Program-made: the position numbers and the translations under genes
Shown: piece by piece, positions 16,678 to 25,649 of the stretch
How positions within the stretch are numbered: position 1 is the first letter of the stretch
Layout of the letters: every line of letters starts with the position of its first letter
Notes under the pieces: generated by a model
What the model saw: only the letters and a program-made list of their open reading frames with translations
Database searches by the model: none
Told to the model about the DNA's origin: nothing
IMG/VR virus record: IMGVR_UViG_3300021400_001091
Coordinates: 1-64,000 of that record
Strand: one strand, 5' to 3'
Source: a virus
Taxonomy: Duplodnaviria; Caudoviricetes
Length of the DNA stretch: 64,000 nucleotides

Positions 16678-16764
16678 TGGTGCGAGCGACCGGAGTCGAA
16701 CCGGTACGTCCGTGAGGACATTGGATTTTAAGTCCAAGGCGTCTGCCTATTCCGCCACGCTCGC
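16678..16764 (-). tRNA. tRNA-Leu(TAA)
   Basis: TTGGA-CT TAA AA-TCCAA; long variable arm; CCA. Confidence 0.95.
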
Positions 16765-16857
16765 ATTTCAATCCCGATTTCCCCTCGGGATAACAGAGGA
16801 TAGTTTAACCGACAACTATCAAGAGAGTTCTGATTTATCCTCAGGCTCTTAAAGATG

Positions 16858-16933
16858 TGGCGCTCCAAGTAGGACTCGAACCTACGACCCAGCGGTTAAC
16901 AGCCGCTTGCTCTACCAACTGAGCTATCAGAGC
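16858..16933 (-). tRNA. tRNA-Asn(GTT)
   Basis: AGCGG-CT GTT AA-CCGCT; CCA. Confidence 0.95.
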
Positions 16934-17198
16934 ATAATGGCGAGTTTACTTTGCCTCTTTTGGTATACCGTTTGCCACTCATTCATGCCACATATCACAT
17001 ATTGTGCCGGTGGTAGTTTAACTCGCAAATCCATGATAACGGTTTAAGGCGTCATTATTATTCCCTTTAAAGGCGGGTCGCATCAGCCTATAATAGCGAC
17101 TTCCTTTATTTTAAAGAGATACTTCCCTACCGATGCATCGTTTAACGGCCGCCACTTTGTTCGTGACCCTCCGTATAGGTTTTCTCTCTTCATTGGCT

Positions 17199-17274
17199 TG
17201 GTTGCAGGAGAAGGATTCGAACCTTCGACTTCAAGGTTATGAGCCTTGATTGCTAACCTCTGCATCATCCTGCG
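17199..17274 (-). tRNA. tRNA-Met(CAT), initiator-like
   Basis: C1:A72 mismatch; CAAGG-CT CAT AA-CCTTG; CCA. Confidence 0.88.
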
Positions 17275-17357
17275 ATGACGGGATTAAGTTTTTCCTTAAT
17301 CCCTTATCTTCTATATATATTATATAAAAAATTTCAGATTTTTTCAAGTTTTCACTT

Positions 17358-18311
17358 TTAAATGACTGTGAACTTTTTATCGAAAACTTTCTTGGCACCA
17401 TTGCCATCCCAACACCAACATCTATAGTAGTAAGTTCCCTTTGGAAGAGTATTGAAATGAAGTCTTAATCCCACTTTATTTCCTATATTAAATGACCAAT
17501 CTCCTATTGATAAGTCCATCTTGCGTGAAGTCCACTTCTTTCCTGTCTTATCTACAATACCGATTTCAACTCGGCGCATATAGTTGGTGCTTCTAATTGT
17601 ACCATTACAAACGAAAGCTGTACCTTTCTTAACCTTTGTTGGGTAAGCCATATTTTTAAGAGTGTACTTGCTTGCCCACACAAGCTTCTTATTAACCTGT
17701 GTTGCTATATACTTCATTTTACTCTTTAAATAAGGGCCTGGGCAAGCTGTAGCTGCAAACCAACAATGGAGCGTTAAATTTCCAGTTGTGTCTCCTGTGT
17801 AATTAAGTTTCCGAATATTATTTCTCTTACAAATATCAACGCATAAATCAATGAGCTTTGAAAGAGCCTTATCTGAAACTGGCCATTGACCTCCAATTGC
17901 ACTGTTACTAACTTCAATAGTAACTGCGCGCTGGTCATTGTCCCAGCTAGAGCTAGCCCACGATCTATTCTTTTCATCAACATATAATCCGACTCGTCCA
18001 TTTGAATCAATTCCGTAGTTGCTTGACGCTTGGCGCGCGGCCGATGCGAATATTGATCCGCATTGTTCGACGCTTAAAATTCCAGCCATGTGGTGAATTG
18101 TAATGCGGTCGATTTTATGCGTACGCAGGCCAGAATGATTTGGACTCCGCTTTACATAGTCTACGAGTTTGGAATTTGTATAGGTTGGAATAGTAACTGC
18201 TCCCCTCGATTTAGCTAACCACCCATAAAATCGCCCCATTTTTGGCTCGGCGCCACGTCCATTAGACAATTCTTTTAATTCCTCTTCTGTTAATTCTCTT
18301 ACTTCCTCCAT
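17358..18311 (-). CDS. N-acetylmuramoyl-L-alanine amidase (Amidase_2 type)
   Basis: ITIHHMAG, ASSNYGI, IEV and HCWFAATACPG motifs; start reset to MEEVREL after AGGAGG. Confidence 0.85.
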   Translation of the reverse strand: MEEVRELTEEELKELSNGRGAEPKMGRFYGWLAKSRGAVTIPTYTNSKLVDYVKRSPNHSGLRTHKIDRITIHHMAGILSVEQCGSIFASAARQASSNYGIDSNGRVGLYVDEKNRSWASSSWDNDQRAVTIEVSNSAIGGQWPVSDKALSKLIDLCVDICKRNNIRKLNYTGDTTGNLTLHCWFAATACPGPYLKSKMKYIATQVNKKLVWASKYTLKNMAYPTKVKKGTAFVCNGTIRSTNYMRRVEIGIVDKTGKKWTSRKMDLSIGDWSFNIGNKVGLRLHFNTLPKGTYYYRCWCWDGNGAKKVFDKKFTVI

Positions 18312-18322
18312 AATTCCTCCTA

Positions 18323-18751
18323 TTAGATTGCCCACGTAGTGGCTATATCTAATTGATATTCTCCATAGTAAAAATAGCCTGTGTCTAATACAATGCCGGG
18401 ACCAAGACTGGTTTGCACCTTTGTTCCTCTTGGCCGAACAGGTAAATAACCTCCACAAATTACATAATCTCCTGTACCATCATTCCACATATGGACACCA
18501 TCCCAGCGAATCCAATGGTAACCTTCAAAACCTAAATCATAGATAAACTGAATAAAGCTATCCATAGGCATATTATACCAGGTTTCTTTACCGCTTGGAC
18601 CATCGTTAACGCCTTTTTCAGCCGTTAAAACTGGCCCATCCCAGTAATATTCTGCTTCAGTAGTAACGGTCTCTTGAACAACTGGTTGCGCCGGTTCTTC
18701 AATTGGCTGCAACATAATCATTCCGAGTGCTATTGCTATTTCTGCAATCAT
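18323..18751 (-). CDS. Secreted 3D/RlpA-like cell-wall protein
   Basis: N-terminal hydrophobic segment; PRGTKVQTSLGPGIVLDTG..LDIATTW. Confidence 0.5.
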   Translation of the reverse strand: MIAEIAIALGMIMLQPIEEPAQPVVQETVTTEAEYYWDGPVLTAEKGVNDGPSGKETWYNMPMDSFIQFIYDLGFEGYHWIRWDGVHMWNDGTGDYVICGGYLPVRPRGTKVQTSLGPGIVLDTGYFYYGEYQLDIATTWAI

Positions 18752-18850
18752 ATAAACCTCCTTTTATATATGAAAATAAGCCGAGTCGAAATACTTGGCT
18801 CATTTTAATATTCATATGGCGCGAGCAGATAGAGTTAAACTCTAATCCTT

Positions 18851-19108
18851 TTACAGGGGTTTTATTTGCTTAACAATCCCATCAACCATAAACTCTGGAA
18901 TGTGTTTAAAAAGACAATCACCAGTGTCAGGACCAAAATAACCTTTGACCAAAATGTCATATGATACATCTCCATTATCTTGAAAAGTTCCCCAAGCATT
19001 AACAGTATAAATAGAACCAATCAGTTCTTCAATTTTTTGAGTTTTATAATCTGTTAAAACTTGAAATTTTACTATATCTCCATCTACATATTTCGGTTTA
19101 CCTAACAC
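18851..19108 (-). CDS. Hypothetical protein
   Basis: GTG start after AGGAG RBS. Confidence 0.7.
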   Translation of the reverse strand: MLGKPKYVDGDIVKFQVLTDYKTQKIEELIGSIYTVNAWGTFQDNGDVSYDILVKGYFGPDTGDCLFKHIPEFMVDGIVKQIKPL

Positions 19109-19131
19109 TTTAATTCTCCTTTTAAAATTAT

Positions 19132-19207
19132 TGGCGTACCTGGAGGGGATCGAACCCCCGACACACGGCTTAGAAGGCCGTTGTTCTATCCGCTGAACTA
19201 CAGGTAC
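19132..19207 (-). tRNA. tRNA-Arg(TCT)
   Basis: ACGGC-CT TCT AA-GCCGT; CCA. Confidence 0.95.
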
Positions 19208-19211
19208 AAAT

Positions 19212-19381
19212 TGGTGGGAGCAGCGGAGTTCTACCGCACTTTCCGACCTCCGCGGCCGGTGGTCTTACATAGAAGATAAAGTTTGCAACCTTTAAATTCT
19301 ACAAAATTATTTCTTTGCCATTTTCAATAGCTGTATTGTACACTACAACTAAGGGAAATATTTATTTAACCTATCACTCCC
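19212..19381 (-). ncRNA. 170-nt tRNA/tmRNA-like RNA ending in ACCA
   Basis: GGGAGUG/UGCUCCC acceptor plus ACCA; T-like arm GCGG-UAGAACU-CCGC; UUUCC/GGAAA helix enclosing hairpins; abuts the tRNA-Lys CCA. Confidence 0.6.
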
Positions 19382-19455
19382 TGGTGCGCCAACCCAGAGT
19401 TGAACTGGGATAAACAGATTAAAAGTCTGCGAGTCTACCCTTGACCTATTGGCGC
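19382..19455 (-). tRNA. tRNA-Lys(TTT)
   Basis: GCAGA-CT TTT AA-TCTGT; CCA. Confidence 0.9.
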
Positions 19456-19458
19456 ATA

Positions 19459-19533
19459 TGGCGACCCATGGGAGAGTTGAACTCCCGTCTTCGGCGTGAC
19501 AAGCCGATATAATAACCGTTATACTAATGAGCC
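19459..19533 (-). tRNA. tRNA-Asp(GTC)
   Basis: TCGGC-TT GTC AC-GCCGA; G73; CCA. Confidence 0.93.
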
Positions 19534-19536
19534 GAA

Positions 19537-19612
19537 TGGTTGGGAAGGTGGGGTTTGAACCCACGACCAGAGACTTATAAGGTCCCCACTCTCACCACTG
19601 AGTTACTTCCCA
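19537..19612 (-). tRNA. tRNA-Ile(TAT)
   Basis: GGGAC-CT TAT AA-GTCTC; A73; CCA. Confidence 0.88.
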
Positions 19613-19615
19613 ATA

Positions 19616-19702
19616 TGGCGGCGTGTCAGAGGCTCGAACTCTGAAGGCTTTTACACCCAACGGTTTTCAAGACCGCCCGACTACCAATTATCACAACACG
19701 CC
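19616..19702 (-). tRNA. tRNA-Ser(TGA)
   Basis: GCGGT-CT TGA AA-ACCGT; long variable arm; G73; CCA. Confidence 0.93.
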
Positions 19703-19703
19703 G

Positions 19704-19787
19704 CGGAAGGAGAGGGGATCGAACCCTCGCAACCTCTCGGTTGAACGGTTTAGCAAACCGCTGCAGTACCTCTATGCTTACCCCTCC
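19704..19787 (-). tRNA. tRNA-Ser(GCT)
   Basis: GCGGT-TT GCT AA-ACCGT; long variable arm; CCA not encoded. Confidence 0.9.
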
Positions 19788-19793
19788 ATAAAT

Positions 19794-20333
19794 TTATCTA
19801 AACATAAAAGTTACAACCCTTACATCAGAAGCAGAATTATTCCAGAAAAAATCTTCCTTCCCAAACTCGATATAAGAATAAACTCGATCAACCAATTCTT
19901 TCAAAGGATTAACCATATAAACCTTTTCGACTTTATCCCATTCTACATCTTCAGCACGCCAAATCTCTTCCATCTTATCCTCATCCTCAACTTTCGGATT
20001 GTCTTTCAGATAAAGCAGTGCATCAGCAAGATTAAAAAATTTAACTTCATCATTAGTTATTGGATGATTTTTCCTATAACTGTTAAAATGGTCATATTCC
20101 TTTTTAATACCCTCTGATACATTTCCGGGTAAGCCACCGTGCATCGCATCGAATTCAGGTACATCATAACTCTCTTCAAAGCCAAGAATAGAAAACAGTT
20201 CATGAGTTCCATTAGCCCACCACAGGTCAACTTCTTTAAACTCTCCGTCACGCTTGGTAAAGACTTCAACCTTTTCCCACTTATTTTCTTTGTGATTAAA
20301 TACTTCTACATAGTAAAAAGGACTCCAACTCAT
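19794..20333 (-). CDS. Hypothetical protein
   Basis: Start reset to MSWSPF after AAGGAG. Confidence 0.75.
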   Translation of the reverse strand: MSWSPFYYVEVFNHKENKWEKVEVFTKRDGEFKEVDLWWANGTHELFSILGFEESYDVPEFDAMHGGLPGNVSEGIKKEYDHFNSYRKNHPITNDEVKFFNLADALLYLKDNPKVEDEDKMEEIWRAEDVEWDKVEKVYMVNPLKELVDRVYSYIEFGKEDFFWNNSASDVRVVTFMFR

Positions 20334-20406
20334 TTCTAATCTCCTTTCTTCTAATCTTATTTTTCTATATATATTATAAATGAAAATTAGAAAAATTTCA
20401 AATTTA

Positions 20407-21452
20407 CTATGAATTTCCAAACCATTCTTCAATGGTCTTTTCAGAGAATCCTAAAACAGCAGCAAAGCGCCGACAATAATCCCAATACAAATCAATAGGG
20501 AGTAAGTCATAATTATCGTCCCCAAAGAGACCAAATACTGCTTCATATTTTTCTGAAAACTCATTAAGGTCACCATTTTCAACTAGTCTAATTGTTAATT
20601 CCCCTCGTCTCATTTTTTTCTCCTATTTATTCCTATACCACTTATACCACCAACGCAAGGCTACTTCCTTCGTGGGGAAACGTTCATGGACAAACTCATC
20701 TTCTTCCCAAAGTTTCAGAAAATGTTCCTTAGATAATCTCCACTTGTAGTCAGAAATCTCCCAACTCTCTGTATATTTCTTATGCTTAGGGCGTGCAGGC
20801 ATATCTTCATCGCGTTCAATCTGATTACGAAAGCTTTTGTTAGCTTGCCGTTTCTTCTCTTTCGTAGTCTTTCGCGTATGGTCAGTAACCCACGGATTTT
20901 TCTTATAGCTCCTACTCATTCCTATGCCTCCACGCAGCTTCTTCAACCTCATATCCAGTTTTCCTGGAAATACGATTAACGTCCAACTTCAACTGGTGTG
21001 CATTTTTATAAACGTCAAAAGAAAACCTCAATAAATCAGTTCCACTTGGCGTTTCTTCAAAGTATTCAATATGTTCACAATGATACTTATTCTTTAATAA
21101 GTCGCAAAAACCATCGAGGTCTACATTAAATAACCCCGCCATTCCGCGCCAGTTTGTCCACGTCTTTACATCCGCTACATACCATTGGCGCCCAGCCTGC
21201 CACTCATCAACCTTAAGTACGTTACTCATCTGCCATATCCCTTATTGCTTTCCAATATGAAACCGCTTCAAAAAACTTTTCCAGTCTTTGAATTGGATTA
21301 GCATCTCTCCACTCTGAAAAAATTATTTCTGCACGTTCACCTATATAAACTAAATGTTCTAATTGCTCTTCTTCAGTAGAACTTGGCTTATAAACTTCCA
21401 TTGCTAATGCATCAATTAATGAATTGATGTATGTCATAGTTTTTTTATCCAT
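20407..21452 (-). CDS. Four coupled small hypothetical genes (21222-21452, 20912-21229, 20623-20919, 20407-20613)
   Basis: Overlapping stop/start junctions and RBSs. Confidence 0.7.
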
Positions 21453-22079
21453 TTAATTATTATACCCCGCAAAATCGAACAGAACCAACTTTCCATTCTT
21501 TAAACCAATATTCCCATCATGAACATCATTCACATAGCACTCATCAACCACGTTATAGAAATCATCCCCATAAATTTCTGCAAGCAAATCAATAATGCTG
21601 CTATTAGAACTATCCTCACACAGACTCGGATAACTACTATAAACCATATCCTCATCAGTTTCAACCTTTTCTTGGACAACCAACTTTAATCCATGAATAT
21701 TGATTGCAGTTGTAGTCGGGAAAACATCAATTACATCAGGATAGTTATCTAAAACATAGTTATAAGTCATGAGTTCTTCATCATTATAATCATAATTAAA
21801 CTCTTCTTCACTGTATCCTGTGCTGAAGTTAATCTTTGCAACATAAGGAAAGTCTTCCGGCACAATCACAAGACGAGTCGCCCCATTATACATATGCACA
21901 GGGCCGCAAGTCGAACAAAAATACTCATCTCCATCGCCATAGAACCGAATTTCCTGCCAATGCTCATAACCTCTATCGTTGTAAAAGAAGTCATCAAGTT
22001 GATCAAACTCACAGAGCTGTTCAATCAGAGCATTGAAGTAGTTGGTGATTTTCTTTTTTTCTTGAATTGTTAATTCCAT
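21453..22079 (-). CDS. Protein-kinase-like fold protein
   Basis: VAKI lysine, NDVHDGNIG catalytic loop and LFDFAG Mg-binding motif. Confidence 0.6.
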   Translation of the reverse strand: MELTIQEKKKITNYFNALIEQLCEFDQLDDFFYNDRGYEHWQEIRFYGDGDEYFCSTCGPVHMYNGATRLVIVPEDFPYVAKINFSTGYSEEEFNYDYNDEELMTYNYVLDNYPDVIDVFPTTTAINIHGLKLVVQEKVETDEDMVYSSYPSLCEDSSNSSIIDLLAEIYGDDFYNVVDECYVNDVHDGNIGLKNGKLVLFDFAGYNN

Positions 22080-22159
22080 CTCTCTTTTTCCTTTCTTCTA
22101 AATATATTATAACAAAAATTCAAGAAAAAATCAAATTTGCCCAATAAAAAAAGGAGGGA

Positions 22160-22541
22160 TTAGCCCTCCAGTTTCCTAATTTGACGCTCCAACTTCTTTT
22201 TGACGCCGGGGCAGTCAGTGTAACGGCCACGAGTTAAAATAACGTTCAGCCGGTTCTTCAGATAAATAAGTTTCTCTTCCTTAGTCATGAGAAATCACCT
22301 CAAGAAACAGTCCATATTCATCTACAGGAGTAATCCTATATCCATAATCCCGATAGGTCTGAACATAAGTTTTCCAAGCCTTGCAAATATCGTTAAATGC
22401 GGCCTCGAGCTTCTCCTGTTTTTCCTGCTTCGCCTTTTCTGCGGCCTCTTTTTCGGCCTTAAATGCCTTTTCATCTTCCAGACATTCTTCGACCGTGTTA
22501 TACGATTTTCCTGTAATTTCACTCTGAATAATCATATACAC
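22160..22541 (-). CDS. Two small coupled genes (22281-22541 and 22160-22288)
   Basis: RBS and overlap; the second is a 42-aa basic peptide MTKEEKLIYLKNRL... Confidence 0.65.
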
Positions 22542-22560
22542 CTTCTCCTTTTATAACTAT

Positions 22561-23183
22561 AAAACCCTTAAATAAATATATACCTAAGTGACTTTCACCA
22601 TACTCCATACTACTTTCAAGTATATTCAGTCAATAGGGAGACAAGTCCGAAGACCAAGGAGCGACCTTGACCTAACCTGCCCCAGCTCGAGATCTAGAGC
22701 CATCATCCTATATGGGATTGATTACCCACAACTTTCACCCACCTTACGGCATAAGATTAGAAGGAACGGTGCTTCGCGCCTACTTTCCTTAGATAAACTT
22801 TTATCTTCTGTGTCTTGTCGATTTGAGCTACTCGTACGCGACTCACGTAGGTCTTATACACAGATTTCTCTGCTTCACAACAAAAGGAATTATTGGCTTT
22901 ACCAAGGTTTGAAACAGTCGCCGGCTAATCCCTAACTTGGCTTCTTCTCCACAGAAGCGTCTATTACTTCCCCGACCCACATGCTACCTTTACTTGCAAT
23001 AGTAGAAGTGCTACGACTTAGGTTTGGGGATTTAACCACTCCACCATAGGAATCGCTTCTCTATGGAACAGAGCTACTCATAAGTATCCTTACTTTATAA
23101 CTCTGACCTATTCATCGCACCTCAGCCTACTGGTTCAGTAGTTCTACACTGAGTTCTTAGTTATATATTTATTTAAGGGTTTT
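22561..23183 (-). ncRNA. 623-nt large ornate ncRNA (ROOL-like candidate) closed by a 28-bp terminal stem
   Basis: 22561-22588 and 23156-23183 are inverted repeats (27/28 bp); many internal hairpins (CCAUAG/CUAUGG, GCAGA-GAAA-UCUGU, GUGGG/CCCAU); no credible ORF; own promoter. Confidence 0.7.
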
Positions 23184-23190
23184 TCAAGGT

Positions 23191-23244
23191 TCACGCACTC
23201 TGCGTTTACACGGGCTTGTGACCGTCCTTGGCCGCATTACGCAA
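23191..23244 (-). ncRNA. Twister self-cleaving ribozyme (type P1)
   Basis: UUGCG-UAA-UGCG-GC-CAAGG-ACGG-UCAC-AA-GC-CCGU-GUAAA-CGCA-GA-GUG-CGUGA. P1, P2, P4 and both pseudoknots pair; predicted cut between U23239 and A23238. Confidence 0.88.
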
Positions 23245-23334
23245 GTAAGGTGAGGGGCGGAAGAAAGGAAACAAAAGCCGCCCCTCGTTTTATAATCAAA
23301 ACAGTTTATCTGTTTTTCTCAACCTTATATATAT

Positions 23335-23363
23335 ATTATATCTGAATTTTAGGATTTTTTCAA
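23335..23363 (-). promoter_or_regulatory. Promoter for the twister/large ncRNA transcript
   Basis: TTGAAA-N17-TATAAT followed by ATATAT, as at other middle promoters. Confidence 0.75.
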
Positions 23364-23885
23364 ATTTTCAGGATATATTTTTTTGAAAAAATAAACTTTA
23401 CTGATATAGTTCATTTCATCATCATATTCCCAGTCTTGTAATCTACATTCACTGACGGGACCACTTCCGTTTTTCTCCCGCCAATGTCCGTCACGATACA
23501 CTTTGAAGTGCCAGTCAAAATCAACCTCATCCATGATCTCGTCCCAACGACAAAACGCTCTAAAAGCGATTAGTTCTTCATTTGCTTTCAAGATTGGAAT
23601 TGAATCCAGAAGCTGCACTTCACCTTTGAAATCAGCTACGATTCCATCCAGAAGCTCCGCTATATATAGATTAGAAACTTCTAAATCAGAAAGACCCTTA
23701 TCAAAAAGCTGTTCCATCCAAAGATAAGCATAGCCATTTTCGTTCTCAAAAGCTCGGTCAGCATCATACCAGTCTTTTATATTGAAGGCATAAGAGCCAC
23801 AATTTGTGGAGATATAATTGTCTTCATAATAGTTCTGGTCTGAATTAGCTACGATTTTATTTGGTATGGTAGAATTAAGTGACAT
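23349..23885 (-). CDS. Hypothetical protein with a papain-like C/H pattern
   Basis: TNCGSYAF ... DWHF ... WREKNG. Confidence 0.6.
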   Translation of the reverse strand: MSLNSTIPNKIVANSDQNYYEDNYISTNCGSYAFNIKDWYDADRAFENENGYAYLWMEQLFDKGLSDLEVSNLYIAELLDGIVADFKGEVQLLDSIPILKANEELIAFRAFCRWDEIMDEVDFDWHFKVYRDGHWREKNGSGPVSECRLQDWEYDDEMNYISKVYFFKKIYPENLKKS

Positions 23886-24093
23886 TTCTTCTCCTTTCGT
23901 ATATAAATATTATATCAAAATTTCAGATTTTTTTCAAATTTTAATTTGGAGAGAAAAAGCTTCCTTTATATACACGCGCGGGCGCGCACGCGATTATACA
24001 GGAATTTTTGGAGAAAGTCAAATTTTAGTGGAAATTTGATTTTTAGTGGAAAATTTGGTATAATATAAGTAGAATGGATAGAAGGAGGATTCT

Positions 24094-24495
24094 ATGGACG
24101 AGAATAGAGTTAGGAAATATGACGAAATTGTAATGACGGTTTTGCAGAATGTATTAGTGGAAAAAGAAAGGGTTGGAAAGATTGTACTATTTGGTTTCGA
24201 TCCGAAGATTTATTCTCATAGACTATACTATCATGCAGCCGTAATTGCAAGCGCAATTAACCAAGAGAATATATATTTGGGAATGAGTATAGTGGACTAT
24301 GTGAGGTTTGTATGCACCCATTGGCGAATGAGAAAGATACTGCGCCGGTTCGGAAATTACTGGCATAGTGAAGACGTCGATCCAATGAAGTTGTCTTCTG
24401 TCCATTCTGTAATGCACCATGTGAAGGAATATTATGAGATTGGCGAAACGACTTGTGGAAATATTGTAAAAGAGTTTTACGAGAAGGAAGTTTAA
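24094..24495 (+). CDS. Hypothetical protein
   Basis: AAGGAGG RBS, upstream promoter, coupled to the ligase. Confidence 0.75.
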   Translation: MDENRVRKYDEIVMTVLQNVLVEKERVGKIVLFGFDPKIYSHRLYYHAAVIASAINQENIYLGMSIVDYVRFVCTHWRMRKILRRFGNYWHSEDVDPMKLSSVHSVMHHVKEYYEIGETTCGNIVKEFYEKEV

Positions 24496-25629
24496 ATGAA
24501 GGGATTTATTGACGGAATTGACTTTTATAATTTGGAAGTTCAAAAATATTATGCGCCGCCCCGTAGTTGGAGCGATGAAAAGAGGAAAGACACAGCCGTA
24601 TCAAGAATTTTTAGTGGAACTTGGTGGGGCGCTAGAAAAGTCGATGGGGCGTTCTATATGTTTATTAAAGACGAAGACGGGAATATGTTCTTGAGGGGAC
24701 GGAGTAAAAGTGTAAGTGGGAAGTATTTAGATAAATTTGATTGGGTTCCTCAGTTACATGAAGTTTTTGAAAAAATGCCGAATGGGACGTGTTTGCTTGG
24801 AGAAGTTTATTTGCCAAAAAATGAACAAGCCAAAGCAACGACTTCAATTATGAATTGTTTAGTCGACAAAGCGGTGGCGCGCCAGCAAAAAGATGAAGAT
24901 AAATTGCACTATTATGTATTTGATATTCTTGCAGACGAGGGTGAATCGTATGTAGGGATGAAAGCAATTGATAGATTCCTTCGTTTAGATGATTATGCGG
25001 TAAAGTATACAAGTGAATTTATCGACTGGGCGCGGTATACGAACGGAAAAGAACTTTGGGACAACTTACAAGAATTACTTGCAAACGGATATGAAGGAGT
25101 AGTAATTGTTAGAGATGACGCGCCATATCAGCCAGGGAAAAGACCAAGTAAAGACTGTCTGAAGATTAAGAAAGAATTACAAGATACAATTGATTGCTTT
25201 ATTTTAGGGGCAATAATTCCTACAAAAATTTACACTGGAAAAGATGTGGAAAATTGGCCTTACTGGTATAATGAGCAAAATTCTCAGAAAATTTTAGATT
25301 CAGATTATTACAAAGAAAATCATAAGACCATGTATGAGTTGTACGTAGACGGCGCGCCAGTGGTGCCAGTTACGAAACCATGGTTCAATGGATGGGCAGG
25401 ATCACTCAGACTTGGTGTTATAAAAGATGGGAAAGAATTTGAAATTGGTAGTTTGAGTGGAATTACCGATGAAATTAAAGAAAATTGGAAGTCTTATGTA
25501 GGTATGCCGCTTGAGGTTACTGCCATGGAAATTATGGACACCGGAGGACTTCGGCACCCGAAGTTCTTGAGGTTCCGTGATGATTTAACGAAAGAAGATT
25601 GCACTTGGGAGAAAATCTTTGGAAAATAG
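24496..25629 (+). CDS. lig: ATP-dependent DNA ligase
   Basis: Motif I RKVDG, LGEVY, VFDIL, YEGVVI, LKIK and C-terminal LRHPKFLRFRDD. Confidence 0.9.
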   Translation: MKGFIDGIDFYNLEVQKYYAPPRSWSDEKRKDTAVSRIFSGTWWGARKVDGAFYMFIKDEDGNMFLRGRSKSVSGKYLDKFDWVPQLHEVFEKMPNGTCLLGEVYLPKNEQAKATTSIMNCLVDKAVARQQKDEDKLHYYVFDILADEGESYVGMKAIDRFLRLDDYAVKYTSEFIDWARYTNGKELWDNLQELLANGYEGVVIVRDDAPYQPGKRPSKDCLKIKKELQDTIDCFILGAIIPTKIYTGKDVENWPYWYNEQNSQKILDSDYYKENHKTMYELYVDGAPVVPVTKPWFNGWAGSLRLGVIKDGKEFEIGSLSGITDEIKENWKSYVGMPLEVTAMEIMDTGGLRHPKFLRFRDDLTKEDCTWEKIFGK

Positions 25630-25649
25630 TAGGAGGGAACTATTACCAA

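Noticed and set aside
13369-19787. Stop-codon recoding or suppressor tRNAs with theta ribozymes
   Set aside because: No CTA, TCA or TTA anticodons. Long genes are intact in the standard code, and TAG/TGA end genes normally. I recognised no HDV-like fold after the tRNAs.
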